Assembly (NCBI GenBank): GCA_903944345.1
Contig: CAJARJ010000014.1
Span: 990 to 64,989, forward strand
Direction: 5' to 3'
Origin: Candidatus Omnitrophota bacterium
GTDB taxonomy: Bacteria > Omnitrophota > Gorgyraeia > Zapsychrales > Fredricksoniimonadaceae
DNA length: 64,000 nt
Below, piece after piece: positions 27,970-36,577 of this stretch. Position numbers and translations under genes: made by a program. The notes beneath the pieces are model-generated. The model searched no databases. It worked only from the letters and a program-made list of their open reading frames with translations, and was not told the origin of the DNA. Every line of letters starts with the position of its first letter. Position 1 is the first letter of the stretch.

Positions 27970-29654
27970 TCTTTACTCCTTGTTTCGGCCGAAAGATATT
28001 TCAGGGAATCCTCCACAATTTCCTTGAAAACAGGACCGGCCACCACTCCACCATAATAGGCAGGATGCGGCTCATCAATAGTGACAATAATTGCAAACTT
28101 CGGATCTTCCACCGGGGCAAATCCGATAAATGAAGCCACGAACTTGCTGTGAGAATACGTCCCGCCAACGACTTTCTGCGCCGTACCCGTCTTGCCCCCT
28201 GCCGAAACATCCTTCATCTTGACCGCGCGTCCTGTCCCGTTATCAATAACCCCCTGCAAAATCAATTTAAGCCTCTGGGCGGTTTTCTCGTGCATAACAC
28301 GTGACACCATCTTGGGCCGGAATGAATGAACCACTCCCCCGTCCTGATGACGCACCATTTTTACATAATGCGGCTTCATATAAATTCCGTCATTGGCCAC
28401 CGCCGCAATCATGCCCGCCAATTGAACGGCTGTTACAGTAACTTCCTGCCCCATGGGGATAGCCCCGATTGATGTTTTTGACCAGGAAGAGACGGGTTTA
28501 AACATTCCGTTAACCTCGCCAATCATACCGATATCTGTCCTCATCCCGAAACGAAAACGCCGGCCGTATTCATAAACCTTGTCGGCTCCCAGTTTCTGGG
28601 CAATTTTGGCAAAGCCAATGTTACTGGACATCTCAACCACCCCCTGGAATGTCAGATTGCCATGCGGGTGCGCATCTTTGAGGATATGATTCGCTATCCG
28701 GTATTTTCCGTTCTCGCAAAAAATAACATCTTCCTCGTTAAATGCGCCCTCTTCCAGAGCCGCGGCCGCCGTAACGATCTTGAAAACCGATCCCGGCTCA
28801 AAAACAAAAGCCACCGCCCGATTAGTCCGGCTTTCCACACCGGTTGCGTCCGGCGCGTCCGGACGAAAAGTCGGACGATTGGCAAAAGCCAGAATTTCTC
28901 CGGTTCGAGGATCCATGACAATAACCGTTCCGGCGCGGGCATTATGTTTTGTTACCGCCTTGTCCAATGCCCTTTCAGCAATAAACTGTATTGTTTCATC
29001 AATAGTCAGAACAACATCATCCCCGTCTTTAGCCGGTAAATATTCTTTTTCGATCAGAAGATCACGTTGTCTGGCATCGCGCAAAACCTGCGCCATTCCT
29101 TTCTCACCCCGCAAATAACGGTCATACTCGTATTCGACGCCCTGCAGTCCGATATTGTCAATATTGGCAAAACCGATCACATGCGCCGCCATATTCCCGT
29201 TGGGATAAAAACGACGACTCTCTTTTACAAAAGCCGTGCCCGGCAGTTTGAGAGCCTTGATCTTCTCATAAACGTCCGCAGACAACTTTCTGGCCAGCCA
29301 AACAAAATACTTGGACTTACCCAGCTTTTCAAAAACAACAGACCGATTGAAGCCAAGAACCTTTGAAAGTTTTTCTGCCACAAGAGCCTTGTCGGCGTCA
29401 CTCATGGCACGGGGATTGGCATAGAGCGAATAAACCATGACATTCAGGGCCAGCGCCCGTCCGTTACGATCCAGAATACCGCCCCGTCTTGGCTCAAGCT
29501 CAACTGTATGATTCTGCTGCCTTTCTGCCTTGTCCGAAAGGTATCCTGACCTGAAAATCTGAATGGACGAAAGCTTGATTGTAAACAGAATCAGAAAGAA
29601 GAATATGACAGAAAAAAACAGACCGACTCGCAAGGGATGTTTGGTAAGAAACAC
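27966..29654 (-). CDS. ftsI: Class B penicillin-binding protein FtsI
   Basis: RGGILDRNG, EPGSVFK (SxxK), SSN, KTGTAQ; GTG start. Confidence 0.93.
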   Translation of the reverse strand: MFLTKHPLRVGLFFSVIFFFLILFTIKLSSIQIFRSGYLSDKAERQQNHTVELEPRRGGILDRNGRALALNVMVYSLYANPRAMSDADKALVAEKLSKVLGFNRSVVFEKLGKSKYFVWLARKLSADVYEKIKALKLPGTAFVKESRRFYPNGNMAAHVIGFANIDNIGLQGVEYEYDRYLRGEKGMAQVLRDARQRDLLIEKEYLPAKDGDDVVLTIDETIQFIAERALDKAVTKHNARAGTVIVMDPRTGEILAFANRPTFRPDAPDATGVESRTNRAVAFVFEPGSVFKIVTAAAALEEGAFNEEDVIFCENGKYRIANHILKDAHPHGNLTFQGVVEMSSNIGFAKIAQKLGADKVYEYGRRFRFGMRTDIGMIGEVNGMFKPVSSWSKTSIGAIPMGQEVTVTAVQLAGMIAAVANDGIYMKPHYVKMVRHQDGGVVHSFRPKMVSRVMHEKTAQRLKLILQGVIDNGTGRAVKMKDVSAGGKTGTAQKVVGGTYSHSKFVASFIGFAPVEDPKFAIIVTIDEPHPAYYGGVVAGPVFKEIVEDSLKYLSAETRSKE

Positions 29655-29797
29655 AGCTGAAGTTCTCTAAATTAATTTTCGAAGTGGATATCCCGGCCCC
29701 TGGCTGAAAGGACAGAACGATTTTATTACAAACCCGCAGCTTTAGAAACACTTTTTACTGGCAAAAAAAACAACTAGCCCCCCCCCCTTGAACGCGA

Positions 29798-30157
29798 TTA
29801 ACGCGCGGCAAAAGCCAGGGCCATTTTTGAAAAGAAGCCTTCGGTCTTCTGTGCTCCGGTTTCCATCATCCTGGCAAGAGAAGAGGTTGAATCGGACGCC
29901 ACTTCGACAATATTCTTGCTGCTGACAAACTGATATTGACCGTTTTTATCCAGCAATTCCCGGCCAATATGATCCGAGGATCGCAAACGAATAATATCAT
30001 TTCTGACCCGGCCATTAATTTCCGCCAGCTGCTGGATATCCTGCTGCTTAACCTTACCTCGGTAAGCAAAAGAATAAATTTTGACCTGCAGATTAATATA
30101 CAAAACCGACATAACCGTAACCAAAACTACAATCCTCAAAAAATCGGACACTTTCAT
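29798..30157 (-). CDS. ftsL: FtsL-like cell division protein
   Basis: TM plus short coiled coil, between rsmH and ftsI, ATGA overlap with rsmH; positional call. Confidence 0.65.
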   Translation of the reverse strand: MKVSDFLRIVVLVTVMSVLYINLQVKIYSFAYRGKVKQQDIQQLAEINGRVRNDIIRLRSSDHIGRELLDKNGQYQFVSSKNIVEVASDSTSSLARMMETGAQKTEGFFSKMALAFAAR

Positions 30158-31053
30158 ACTACCCTTTCCAAACACCTTACCCGTGCACTTCTAGCCCTGG
30201 AATTTTCCACCGCTTCCTGACGCCCCGGCATCAACGGCTTTTTGGTAACCAGCCGCCCCTGATTGGTTCGCGCCAAAAGACGAAACATCTCTTTAACAAT
30301 CCGGTCTTCCAAAGAATGAAAGGCAATCACACAAAGACGCCCTCCCGGATTCAAAACTGAAAAAGCCTTCTCGATCCCTTCGCTCAAAGAATCCAGCTCC
30401 CGGTTCACCGCAATGCGCAAAGCCTGGAAGGTTCTCGTCGCCGGATGCAATGCTCCGCGCTGATAGCCTTTGGGCAGAGACCGTAAAATCAACGCGGCAA
30501 GCTCGGTTGTTGTTCGCAGTGGCGCTGACGCACGTGTCCGGATAATGGCTGCCGCGATTCTTCTGGAAAAACGCTCTTCTCCATAACGAAAAATAATATC
30601 AGCCAGCTCCCGCTCGGACATGGTATTGACCAGATCGCAGGCTGTTAACCCCTCGCCCTGGTTCATCCGCATGTCCAAAGGAGCCTCAACCCGAAAACTG
30701 AAACCGCGCTCCCCATCGTCCAACTGAAGGCTCGAAACCCCCAGATCAAACAAAACTGTATCCACCCGCGCAACCCCAAGTCCATCCAGAACCTGGGTCA
30801 TCTGACAAAAATTGGCCTGGACAATGTCCAGCCGACAGGAAACCTGCGCCAGCCGCTCTCTGGCCCTGACAATGGCCTGGGCATCCTGATCGATGCCAAT
30901 CAGTCGACCGGTCGAACCCAGCGCCTGCGCGGCCAATAATGCATGCCCGCCCAGACCAAGAGTCCCGTCCACATGCACGGTGCCAGGGCGTATGCTTAAA
31001 AGAGTCTCGACCTCAACCGGCATGACCGGAATATGCCCTGCTTCAACTGCCAT
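30154..31053 (-). CDS. rsmH: 16S rRNA m4C1402 methyltransferase
   Basis: HIPVM, DGTLGLGGH, DLGVSSLQLD, HPATRTFQALRI, FHSLEDR. Confidence 0.97.
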   Translation of the reverse strand: MAVEAGHIPVMPVEVETLLSIRPGTVHVDGTLGLGGHALLAAQALGSTGRLIGIDQDAQAIVRARERLAQVSCRLDIVQANFCQMTQVLDGLGVARVDTVLFDLGVSSLQLDDGERGFSFRVEAPLDMRMNQGEGLTACDLVNTMSERELADIIFRYGEERFSRRIAAAIIRTRASAPLRTTTELAALILRSLPKGYQRGALHPATRTFQALRIAVNRELDSLSEGIEKAFSVLNPGGRLCVIAFHSLEDRIVKEMFRLLARTNQGRLVTKKPLMPGRQEAVENSRARSARVRCLERVV

Positions 31054-31069
31054 AAAAATCGCCCTTCAA

Positions 31070-31357
31070 TCAGACTCCGGCGAAAGACATTGCTGATGCC
31101 ACAAAACTTGGAATTTTACGCTCGAGAATGGCTTGCTCAAACCCTTCCCATACCGATTCGTATTCTTCGGGATCAAGAACTTCTTCCCAATTACCTCTAA
31201 TACCGCAACGCATATAAATCTTGCGCCGATCGCGAAAAACAAGAAAAAGCCGGATCCGTCCACTTTCTTCTTCCTGGGTGGAACAAAAAACACATTCGCA
31301 ATGCGGCAACTCGACCATATGCCTGAAAACAAACTTGTGATGAATACAATTCACCAT
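31070..31357 (-). CDS. Hypothetical 95-aa Cys/His-rich protein between mraZ and rsmH
   Basis: GGGGAGG RBS before ATG 31357; fills the mraZ-rsmH gap; MVNCIHH..HCECVFC. Confidence 0.7.
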   Translation of the reverse strand: MVNCIHHKFVFRHMVELPHCECVFCSTQEEESGRIRLFLVFRDRRKIYMRCGIRGNWEEVLDPEEYESVWEGFEQAILERKIPSFVASAMSFAGV

Positions 31358-31394
31358 AAAGACCTCCCCGGGCAGAAAGGTTGACACACACAGC

Positions 31395-31838
31395 TCAACT
31401 CTGAATATCAAAAAGCGTTTCCGCTGTCTGTTCAAAGACCGACGCTGACTTGGTAAAGAACTCCTGCCACACGGCCCGATCCCAGATTTCGATCCGGCTG
31501 GACACCCCGATAATGACCGACTCTTCCTTGATGCCGGCAAAATCTTTTAGATACTGAGGAATAATAAAGCGTCCCTGCTTGTCGGGAATAACATCCACCG
31601 CTCCGGAGAAAAACATCCGGTTAAAAGTACGCGAGCTTTCTTTGGTAAACGAAAGTGTTTTGAGTTTCTGCTCTATTGCGCGCCACTCCGGCTCGCTAAA
31701 CATGAACACGCAACGCTCTAAACCTCTAGTAACGAAGAACTTATTAATTGACTGATCTCTGGCTGTTTCACGAAAACGCGCAGGCAGAATTAATCTGCCC
31801 TTACTGTCAAGCGCGTGCGTGTATTCGCCGTAAAACAT
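31395..31838 (-). CDS. mraZ: Division/cell-wall cluster repressor MraZ
   Basis: MFYGEY, DSKGRL.LP, DKQGR..IP, RIEIW; GGAGGAG RBS. Confidence 0.96.
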   Translation of the reverse strand: MFYGEYTHALDSKGRLILPARFRETARDQSINKFFVTRGLERCVFMFSEPEWRAIEQKLKTLSFTKESSRTFNRMFFSGAVDVIPDKQGRFIIPQYLKDFAGIKEESVIIGVSSRIEIWDRAVWQEFFTKSASVFEQTAETLFDIQS

Positions 31839-31869
31839 GAGCAACTCCTCCAGCCAGGATGCCAGTAAA

Positions 31870-31903
31870 CCACTTTGTGGCACTTCCCTCCACCATCTGC
31901 CAC
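31870..31903 (-). promoter_or_regulatory. MraZ-binding direct repeats (GTGG, GTGG, GTGC, GTGG at 10-bp period)
   Basis: Minus strand GTGG-cagatg-GTGG-agggaa-GTGC-cacaaa-GTGG immediately downstream of the -10 box. Confidence 0.8.
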
Positions 31904-31904
31904 A

Positions 31905-31933
31905 AGTATATCCCTCCCCCAAGGGCTTGTCAA
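31905..31933 (-). promoter_or_regulatory. dcw sigma70 promoter TTGACA-N17-TATACT
   Basis: Consensus -35, 17-nt spacer, near-consensus -10 upstream of mraZ. Confidence 0.85.
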
Positions 31934-32150
31934 TACTGAAAGCCACAAAACAACGTAAAAATACCGCTTTAAAAACAAAGACTCTTGCCGTCGGGATAAA
32001 TAAGAAATAACATTCCTAGTGGAGTGAAATACCAGAGAAAATGGGGAAAATTAAACGGAAATCGCGCCCCGGAACTCAATAACGACGAGTCCGTATGCAG
32101 GCAGGATATATGCCATCAAGCGAGCTTGCGAGCTGCAGAAACCGAAAAAT

Positions 32151-33089
32151 CTAATGGGGATTTCGGGCAAACCAGGCCCGAGCCGAAGATTCATCCTGAC
32201 GAATCTGGGAAACCAGATCCTCTGAACTGGAAAAACAACGATCCTCACGGATTCGGGCCAATATTTCAATATCCAGCTGACAGCCATAAATGCGGCTGGA
32301 AAAATCCAGAATATTGACCTCGACCACCACCCGCGCGGACAGACTTTTAAACGAAGGACGCCGTCCGACGTAAATCATGGACTGGTAGCGCTTGCCCCGC
32401 AGAATGACACATCCAAGATATATACCCTGCGGCGGAATGACCACATCCCCGTGCGCGATATTAGCCGTCGGGTATCCCAGCAAACGTCCCCGTCCATCCC
32501 CCTTAACAACCCGTCCGCGCAAGGTGTAAGGACGCCCCAAGAGGACACCCACTCGCGACAAATCTCCCTGCACAATACATTCGCGAATAAGGGAACTTTT
32601 AATGCCAACATCTCCTTTTAGAAGCAACTGCTCAGGGGCAACTTCAAATCCATGCAACCTGCCCAGCGCTTCAAGCTGAAGAATCGACCCTTCGCGGTCA
32701 TGGCCAAAATGAAAATCCTGACCCACTACAACCTTGAAAACGCCCAATCCGGCGCACAAATAACGCCTGACAAAATCTTCGGGAGCCATCTGGGCAAAAC
32801 GACGGGTAAAGCGCACAACCAGACAAGCCGAAACACCCAGAGCAGAAAAAAGCTCCAGCCTCTGCGGTAAATCCGTTATATAGGAATGAAAATGCCCTGG
32901 ATAAAGAACACGAACAGGGTGCGGATGAAAAGTCACCACGACACTCTTGCCGCCGGCTCTTCGGGCGTCCTCTACAGCATGCGCAATGACCCGCTGATGC
33001 CCGCAATGAACCCCGTCAAAAACACCGATGGCTGCCACGGTTTTTTTGAAAGAATTACGCAGCTGGCCAATGCCGCAAATGACCTGCAT
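32151..33089 (-). CDS. ribF: Bifunctional riboflavin kinase/FAD synthetase
   Basis: IGVFDGVHCGH, TFHPHP, DFHFG, GR.LGYPTAN, IREDR.F; start at MQVI. Confidence 0.95.
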   Translation of the reverse strand: MQVICGIGQLRNSFKKTVAAIGVFDGVHCGHQRVIAHAVEDARRAGGKSVVVTFHPHPVRVLYPGHFHSYITDLPQRLELFSALGVSACLVVRFTRRFAQMAPEDFVRRYLCAGLGVFKVVVGQDFHFGHDREGSILQLEALGRLHGFEVAPEQLLLKGDVGIKSSLIRECIVQGDLSRVGVLLGRPYTLRGRVVKGDGRGRLLGYPTANIAHGDVVIPPQGIYLGCVILRGKRYQSMIYVGRRPSFKSLSARVVVEVNILDFSSRIYGCQLDIEILARIREDRCFSSSEDLVSQIRQDESSARAWFARNPH

Positions 33090-33723
33090 TAAGATCCTCC
33101 AGAGATACCGCCTGATCAATCGTGAATGTCCCCACCCGGGTTCTGCGAATCGCCGTAATACAAGCTCCACAACCCAGCAACTCCCCGACATCCTCGGCGA
33201 TCTGCCGGACATACGTTCCCTTGGAGCAATCAAGAAAAAAACTGGCATAAGGACTGTCAAAAGAAACCAGCTCCAGGCGGTTGACCTGAACTTTACGTGG
33301 CGTACGCTCAACAACCACACCCTTGCGGGCCAACCGGTAAAGCCGTTCACCATTATGCTTGACGGCCGAAACCATGGGAGGCAATTGCTCAATAGCGCCG
33401 GTAAATTTCTTGAAAGCATCAACAAGCCCCTCACGTGTCACATGCCCGAAAGGCCGGTTCTCAAGAACATCCCCCTTGATATCCGCGCTCAACGTTTTAA
33501 GGCCCAGCTGTAAAGTCGCCTCATAGGCCTTGTCGAATCCCACAAACTTGTCAAACAGCTTGGTGGCCGGACCAACCAGTATGACCAGTACGCCTGTCGC
33601 CAGCGGATCCAGCGTTCCCGCATGCCCCACCCGCTTTGTACGAAGAATCCGGCGCACCCGGGCAACCACATCATGGGAGGTAATCCCGGATGGTTTATCA
33701 ACAACAATAATCCCCTCGGTCAT
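33055..33723 (-). CDS. truB: tRNA pseudouridine(55) synthase
   Basis: [30 protein letters not shown]. Confidence 0.96.
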   Translation of the reverse strand: MTEGIIVVDKPSGITSHDVVARVRRILRTKRVGHAGTLDPLATGVLVILVGPATKLFDKFVGFDKAYEATLQLGLKTLSADIKGDVLENRPFGHVTREGLVDAFKKFTGAIEQLPPMVSAVKHNGERLYRLARKGVVVERTPRKVQVNRLELVSFDSPYASFFLDCSKGTYVRQIAEDVGELLGCGACITAIRRTRVGTFTIDQAVSLEDLNAGHLRHWPAA

Positions 33724-34706
33724 ATCAGTTTTCCTATCGTCTTTAGTATAATTTCCCTCGAACGGGAAAGGTTTTCATCCAGATAGCCGCCACTGGCTTT
33801 CTTGTGCCCGCCGCCATTGAAACCGGAGGCCAGGCGGGCTACATCGATATCGCCGCGGCTGCGAAAATTCAGCCGGGTCCGGACTTTCCCAGCCTCTTTG
33901 GGATCCTGTTCCGTCAAAATGACAATAACCTCAAGACCATTCACAGAGCGCAGAAAATTGAAGATCTTGTCTTTCAAATCAAAAGAGCCGGAGAAACCGG
34001 CGACCTGCCTTCTGCTCAGGGACAAACAAGCCACCCGGTCATCACAAAAAAGTTCCAGCCGGCTCATAAGTTTTAAAAATGTTTTCAAATCCTGCCGGGG
34101 CAAAGTTTCGTAGACCCGACGATACAGATCACTGACCGAAAAGTCAAATTTTAAAAGATCCGCAATTATGGCATGCGTATGCGAACGGGTGGAATCAAAA
34201 CCAAAAGAGCCGGTATCCGTAAGAATGCCCAAATACAACAAAATGGCCATATCTCTTGAAAGATCAGACCCCGCTTCCTTGAAGAGCTGGCAAAGAATTT
34301 CTGACGTGGACGAATAGTCCTCCAGAACATGGTTGTAATCACCAAAAAGAGTATTGGTCACATGATGATCAATATTAATAACCTTGGCCCCATTTTCGGC
34401 AAACCTGGCAACCCGTCCGATCCGGCTGAGCTCCCCGCAATCAAGCACCACCAGGGCTTCAGGCTTGAAAGACAAATGCTTGCTCTCGTCAAACTGCTCG
34501 TAAAGCGACGCGCGTGGAACAAATTCCAGCCATTGCGGACAAACGTCACTGTTAAAGACCCTGACTTTCTTACCGCGGGCTTTAAGAAAAAGCGCCATGG
34601 AAAGCGCGGAAGCCACCGCGTCCGGATCAGGGTGAACATGCATGGTTACGACAAAACGGGAATAGCGTTCAAAAGCCGAAAGCACCGACCGCAGCGAATT
34701 CTTCAT
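33720..34706 (-). CDS. nrnA: DHH/DHHA1 phosphoesterase (NrnA-like oligoribonuclease/pAp phosphatase)
   Basis: [27 protein letters not shown]. Confidence 0.9.
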   Translation of the reverse strand: MKNSLRSVLSAFERYSRFVVTMHVHPDPDAVASALSMALFLKARGKKVRVFNSDVCPQWLEFVPRASLYEQFDESKHLSFKPEALVVLDCGELSRIGRVARFAENGAKVINIDHHVTNTLFGDYNHVLEDYSSTSEILCQLFKEAGSDLSRDMAILLYLGILTDTGSFGFDSTRSHTHAIIADLLKFDFSVSDLYRRVYETLPRQDLKTFLKLMSRLELFCDDRVACLSLSRRQVAGFSGSFDLKDKIFNFLRSVNGLEVIVILTEQDPKEAGKVRTRLNFRSRGDIDVARLASGFNGGGHKKASGGYLDENLSRSREIILKTIGKLI

Positions 34707-35116
34707 AAATCATCCTTCTTTGGATCCTGATCATCGCTCGGCTGCACGGCTTCCGGCCCCAACCGGGACTCCCTCTCGGAGCGAATATCTTCCAGTTTAA
34801 CCGACATACGGAAGTTTTCCAAGACAGAACTGTCATATACAAACTTCAGCTGCGGCATATAACGAACCTCCACCCTGTCAGCAAGCAAACAACGCATACG
34901 CCCGCTGGCAGAGGAAAGGCCATTTAACGCAGCCTGAATCGCAGAAGGTCCGTCATTAAGAACGCTAAATCCTACATGGGCCCAGCTTAAATCCTTGCTG
35001 ACATCCACATAAGTAATCGTGACCGATGATACGCGCGGATCGGTGATCTCCCCCATAAGAATAAGGCGACTGATTTCGCGTTTAAAAACCTGATTTATAC
35101 GGTCCATTCGACTCAT
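34703..35116 (-). CDS. rbfA: Ribosome-binding factor A
   Basis: MSRMDRIN, DPR, VSKDL, RYMPQLKFVYD. Confidence 0.92.
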   Translation of the reverse strand: MSRMDRINQVFKREISRLILMGEITDPRVSSVTITYVDVSKDLSWAHVGFSVLNDGPSAIQAALNGLSSASGRMRCLLADRVEVRYMPQLKFVYDSSVLENFRMSVKLEDIRSERESRLGPEAVQPSDDQDPKKDDL

Positions 35117-35169
35117 AATCCTGCTCCTTGAATTCGGGCGCATCTTTTTGTAGCCCGTGTACGATACCC

Positions 35170-36060
35170 TTATGCCCTGGGATGAAAATCCTTGTGCACC
35201 CCCCGCAAGCGCTCACGGTCCACATGCGTATAAATCTGCGTTGTCGATATATCCGAATGGCCCAGCATTTCCTGAACACTGCGCAAATCCGCTCCGTGCG
35301 ACAACAGATGCGTTGCAAAGGTATGCCGCAACGTATGTGGTTTGATGCCCGCCTTTAGTCCGGCTTTGCGAACATAAAACTTGATGATCTTCCAGACACC
35401 CTGACGCGTCATTCCCTTGCCCAATCGGCTGACAAAAACATGCGAAGACATTCTTCCTCTTAAAATTTTCGTCCTGGCGTCATTCATATAATCCAGCATT
35501 GCCTGGCGGGCTTTGCTGCCAAAAGGCACCAGACGCTCCTTGCTGCCCTTGCCCAGGCAACGAACTACCCCGACTTCAAAATTAACCCTGTCCACTGTCA
35601 AATCTGTCAATTCGGAAACGCGCAGCCCGCTGGCATAGAACAGCTCCAATATCGCCCGGTCCCGGGCATCAATATTCTCCACTCCGGCTGCCGCAGCTAT
35701 GAGGCTGGTCACATCTTGCTGGGACATGACATCCGGTATCTTTTTCCATGCCTTGGGCGTCTCGATCAATTCGCTGGGGTCCGACCCGGACAAATTCTCC
35801 CGAACCAGAAAACGATGAAACATACGCACAGCCGAAAGTTGACGACAAATTGACGCTGTGGCATTCCCCGCTTTTTTGCGATCCTGCATAAACTCTGCAA
35901 TCATATCCCTGGTTACACCCTCGGGAGCACCGACACCTTTCTTGTCCGCCAAAAACAAAACATAGGCCTCCAAGTCTCGCGCATAAGAAACAAGGGTATT
36001 CTTCGACAGTCCTCTCTCGACGGAAAGATGCCCGATGAACTCCTTGGCAAGGCTCTTCAT
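35170..36060 (-). CDS. xerD: Tyrosine recombinase XerD
   Basis: ERGLSKNT..SY.RDL, YASGLRVSEL, GKGSKERLVP, HTLRHTFATHLL, LGHSDISTTQIYTH. Confidence 0.93.
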   Translation of the reverse strand: MKSLAKEFIGHLSVERGLSKNTLVSYARDLEAYVLFLADKKGVGAPEGVTRDMIAEFMQDRKKAGNATASICRQLSAVRMFHRFLVRENLSGSDPSELIETPKAWKKIPDVMSQQDVTSLIAAAAGVENIDARDRAILELFYASGLRVSELTDLTVDRVNFEVGVVRCLGKGSKERLVPFGSKARQAMLDYMNDARTKILRGRMSSHVFVSRLGKGMTRQGVWKIIKFYVRKAGLKAGIKPHTLRHTFATHLLSHGADLRSVQEMLGHSDISTTQIYTHVDRERLRGVHKDFHPRA

Positions 36061-36061
36061 A

Positions 36062-36577
36062 TCAGTCCTGCAAGGCCTCTTGCAGCATTCTTGGACGAAA
36101 AGACGTACGGATCGCGCGCTCCAGCTTGCCCAAATCCTGACGGATACGGTCATAACGCCGCCTGGCACTGGTCTGCTGCAAATCTTTCTCCATCTGGGCC
36201 AACTGTCCGGACATCTCCTTGAGCTGCTGCCTGAGAGCTTCATCATCCAGCTCCTGGGCCATCAAGTCCAGACGGACCGTCATTTCAGCCAGCAAATAAC
36301 GCTCACGCTTATCGTTTTCTCCCCGGCCTATAATCTGCAGCAGATCAGAAAAATATGCCTGCAGCATTGTGTAATGCATCTGATAAACTTCCCGGGAAGA
36401 TCTGGTTACGGGAGCATACTCGACAGGCTCCAGCAAAGGAACAATCTCCTCCGATTTCTGCGGCCCCTTGGGCTTGCGAATAAACTTTTTGCGCAGACCT
36501 GTACAGCCCGACAAAGACACCGTCAAAAATACAAATACTGCCAGCGTAAACAGAAAATATTTTGAATTACGTGTCAT
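36062..36577 (-). CDS. Hypothetical lipoprotein
   Basis: Signal peptide with lipobox LSGC; helical body; tightly packed between ligA and xerD. Confidence 0.75.
   Translation of the reverse strand: MTRNSKYFLFTLAVFVFLTVSLSGCTGLRKKFIRKPKGPQKSEEIVPLLEPVEYAPVTRSSREVYQMHYTMLQAYFSDLLQIIGRGENDKRERYLLAEMTVRLDLMAQELDDEALRQQLKEMSGQLAQMEKDLQQTSARRRYDRIRQDLGKLERAIRTSFRPRMLQEALQD

Noticed and set aside
33090-33434. Long N-terminal extension of ribF (similar ones on xerD, mraZ, murG, macA)
   Set aside because: These overlap upstream genes or promoters; downstream starts match family N-termini.
35170-36060. Tyrosine recombinase near a tRNA as a possible integrative element
   Set aside because: The sequence is a typical chromosomal XerD among housekeeping genes, and no att duplication of the tRNA 3' end or phage genes were seen.
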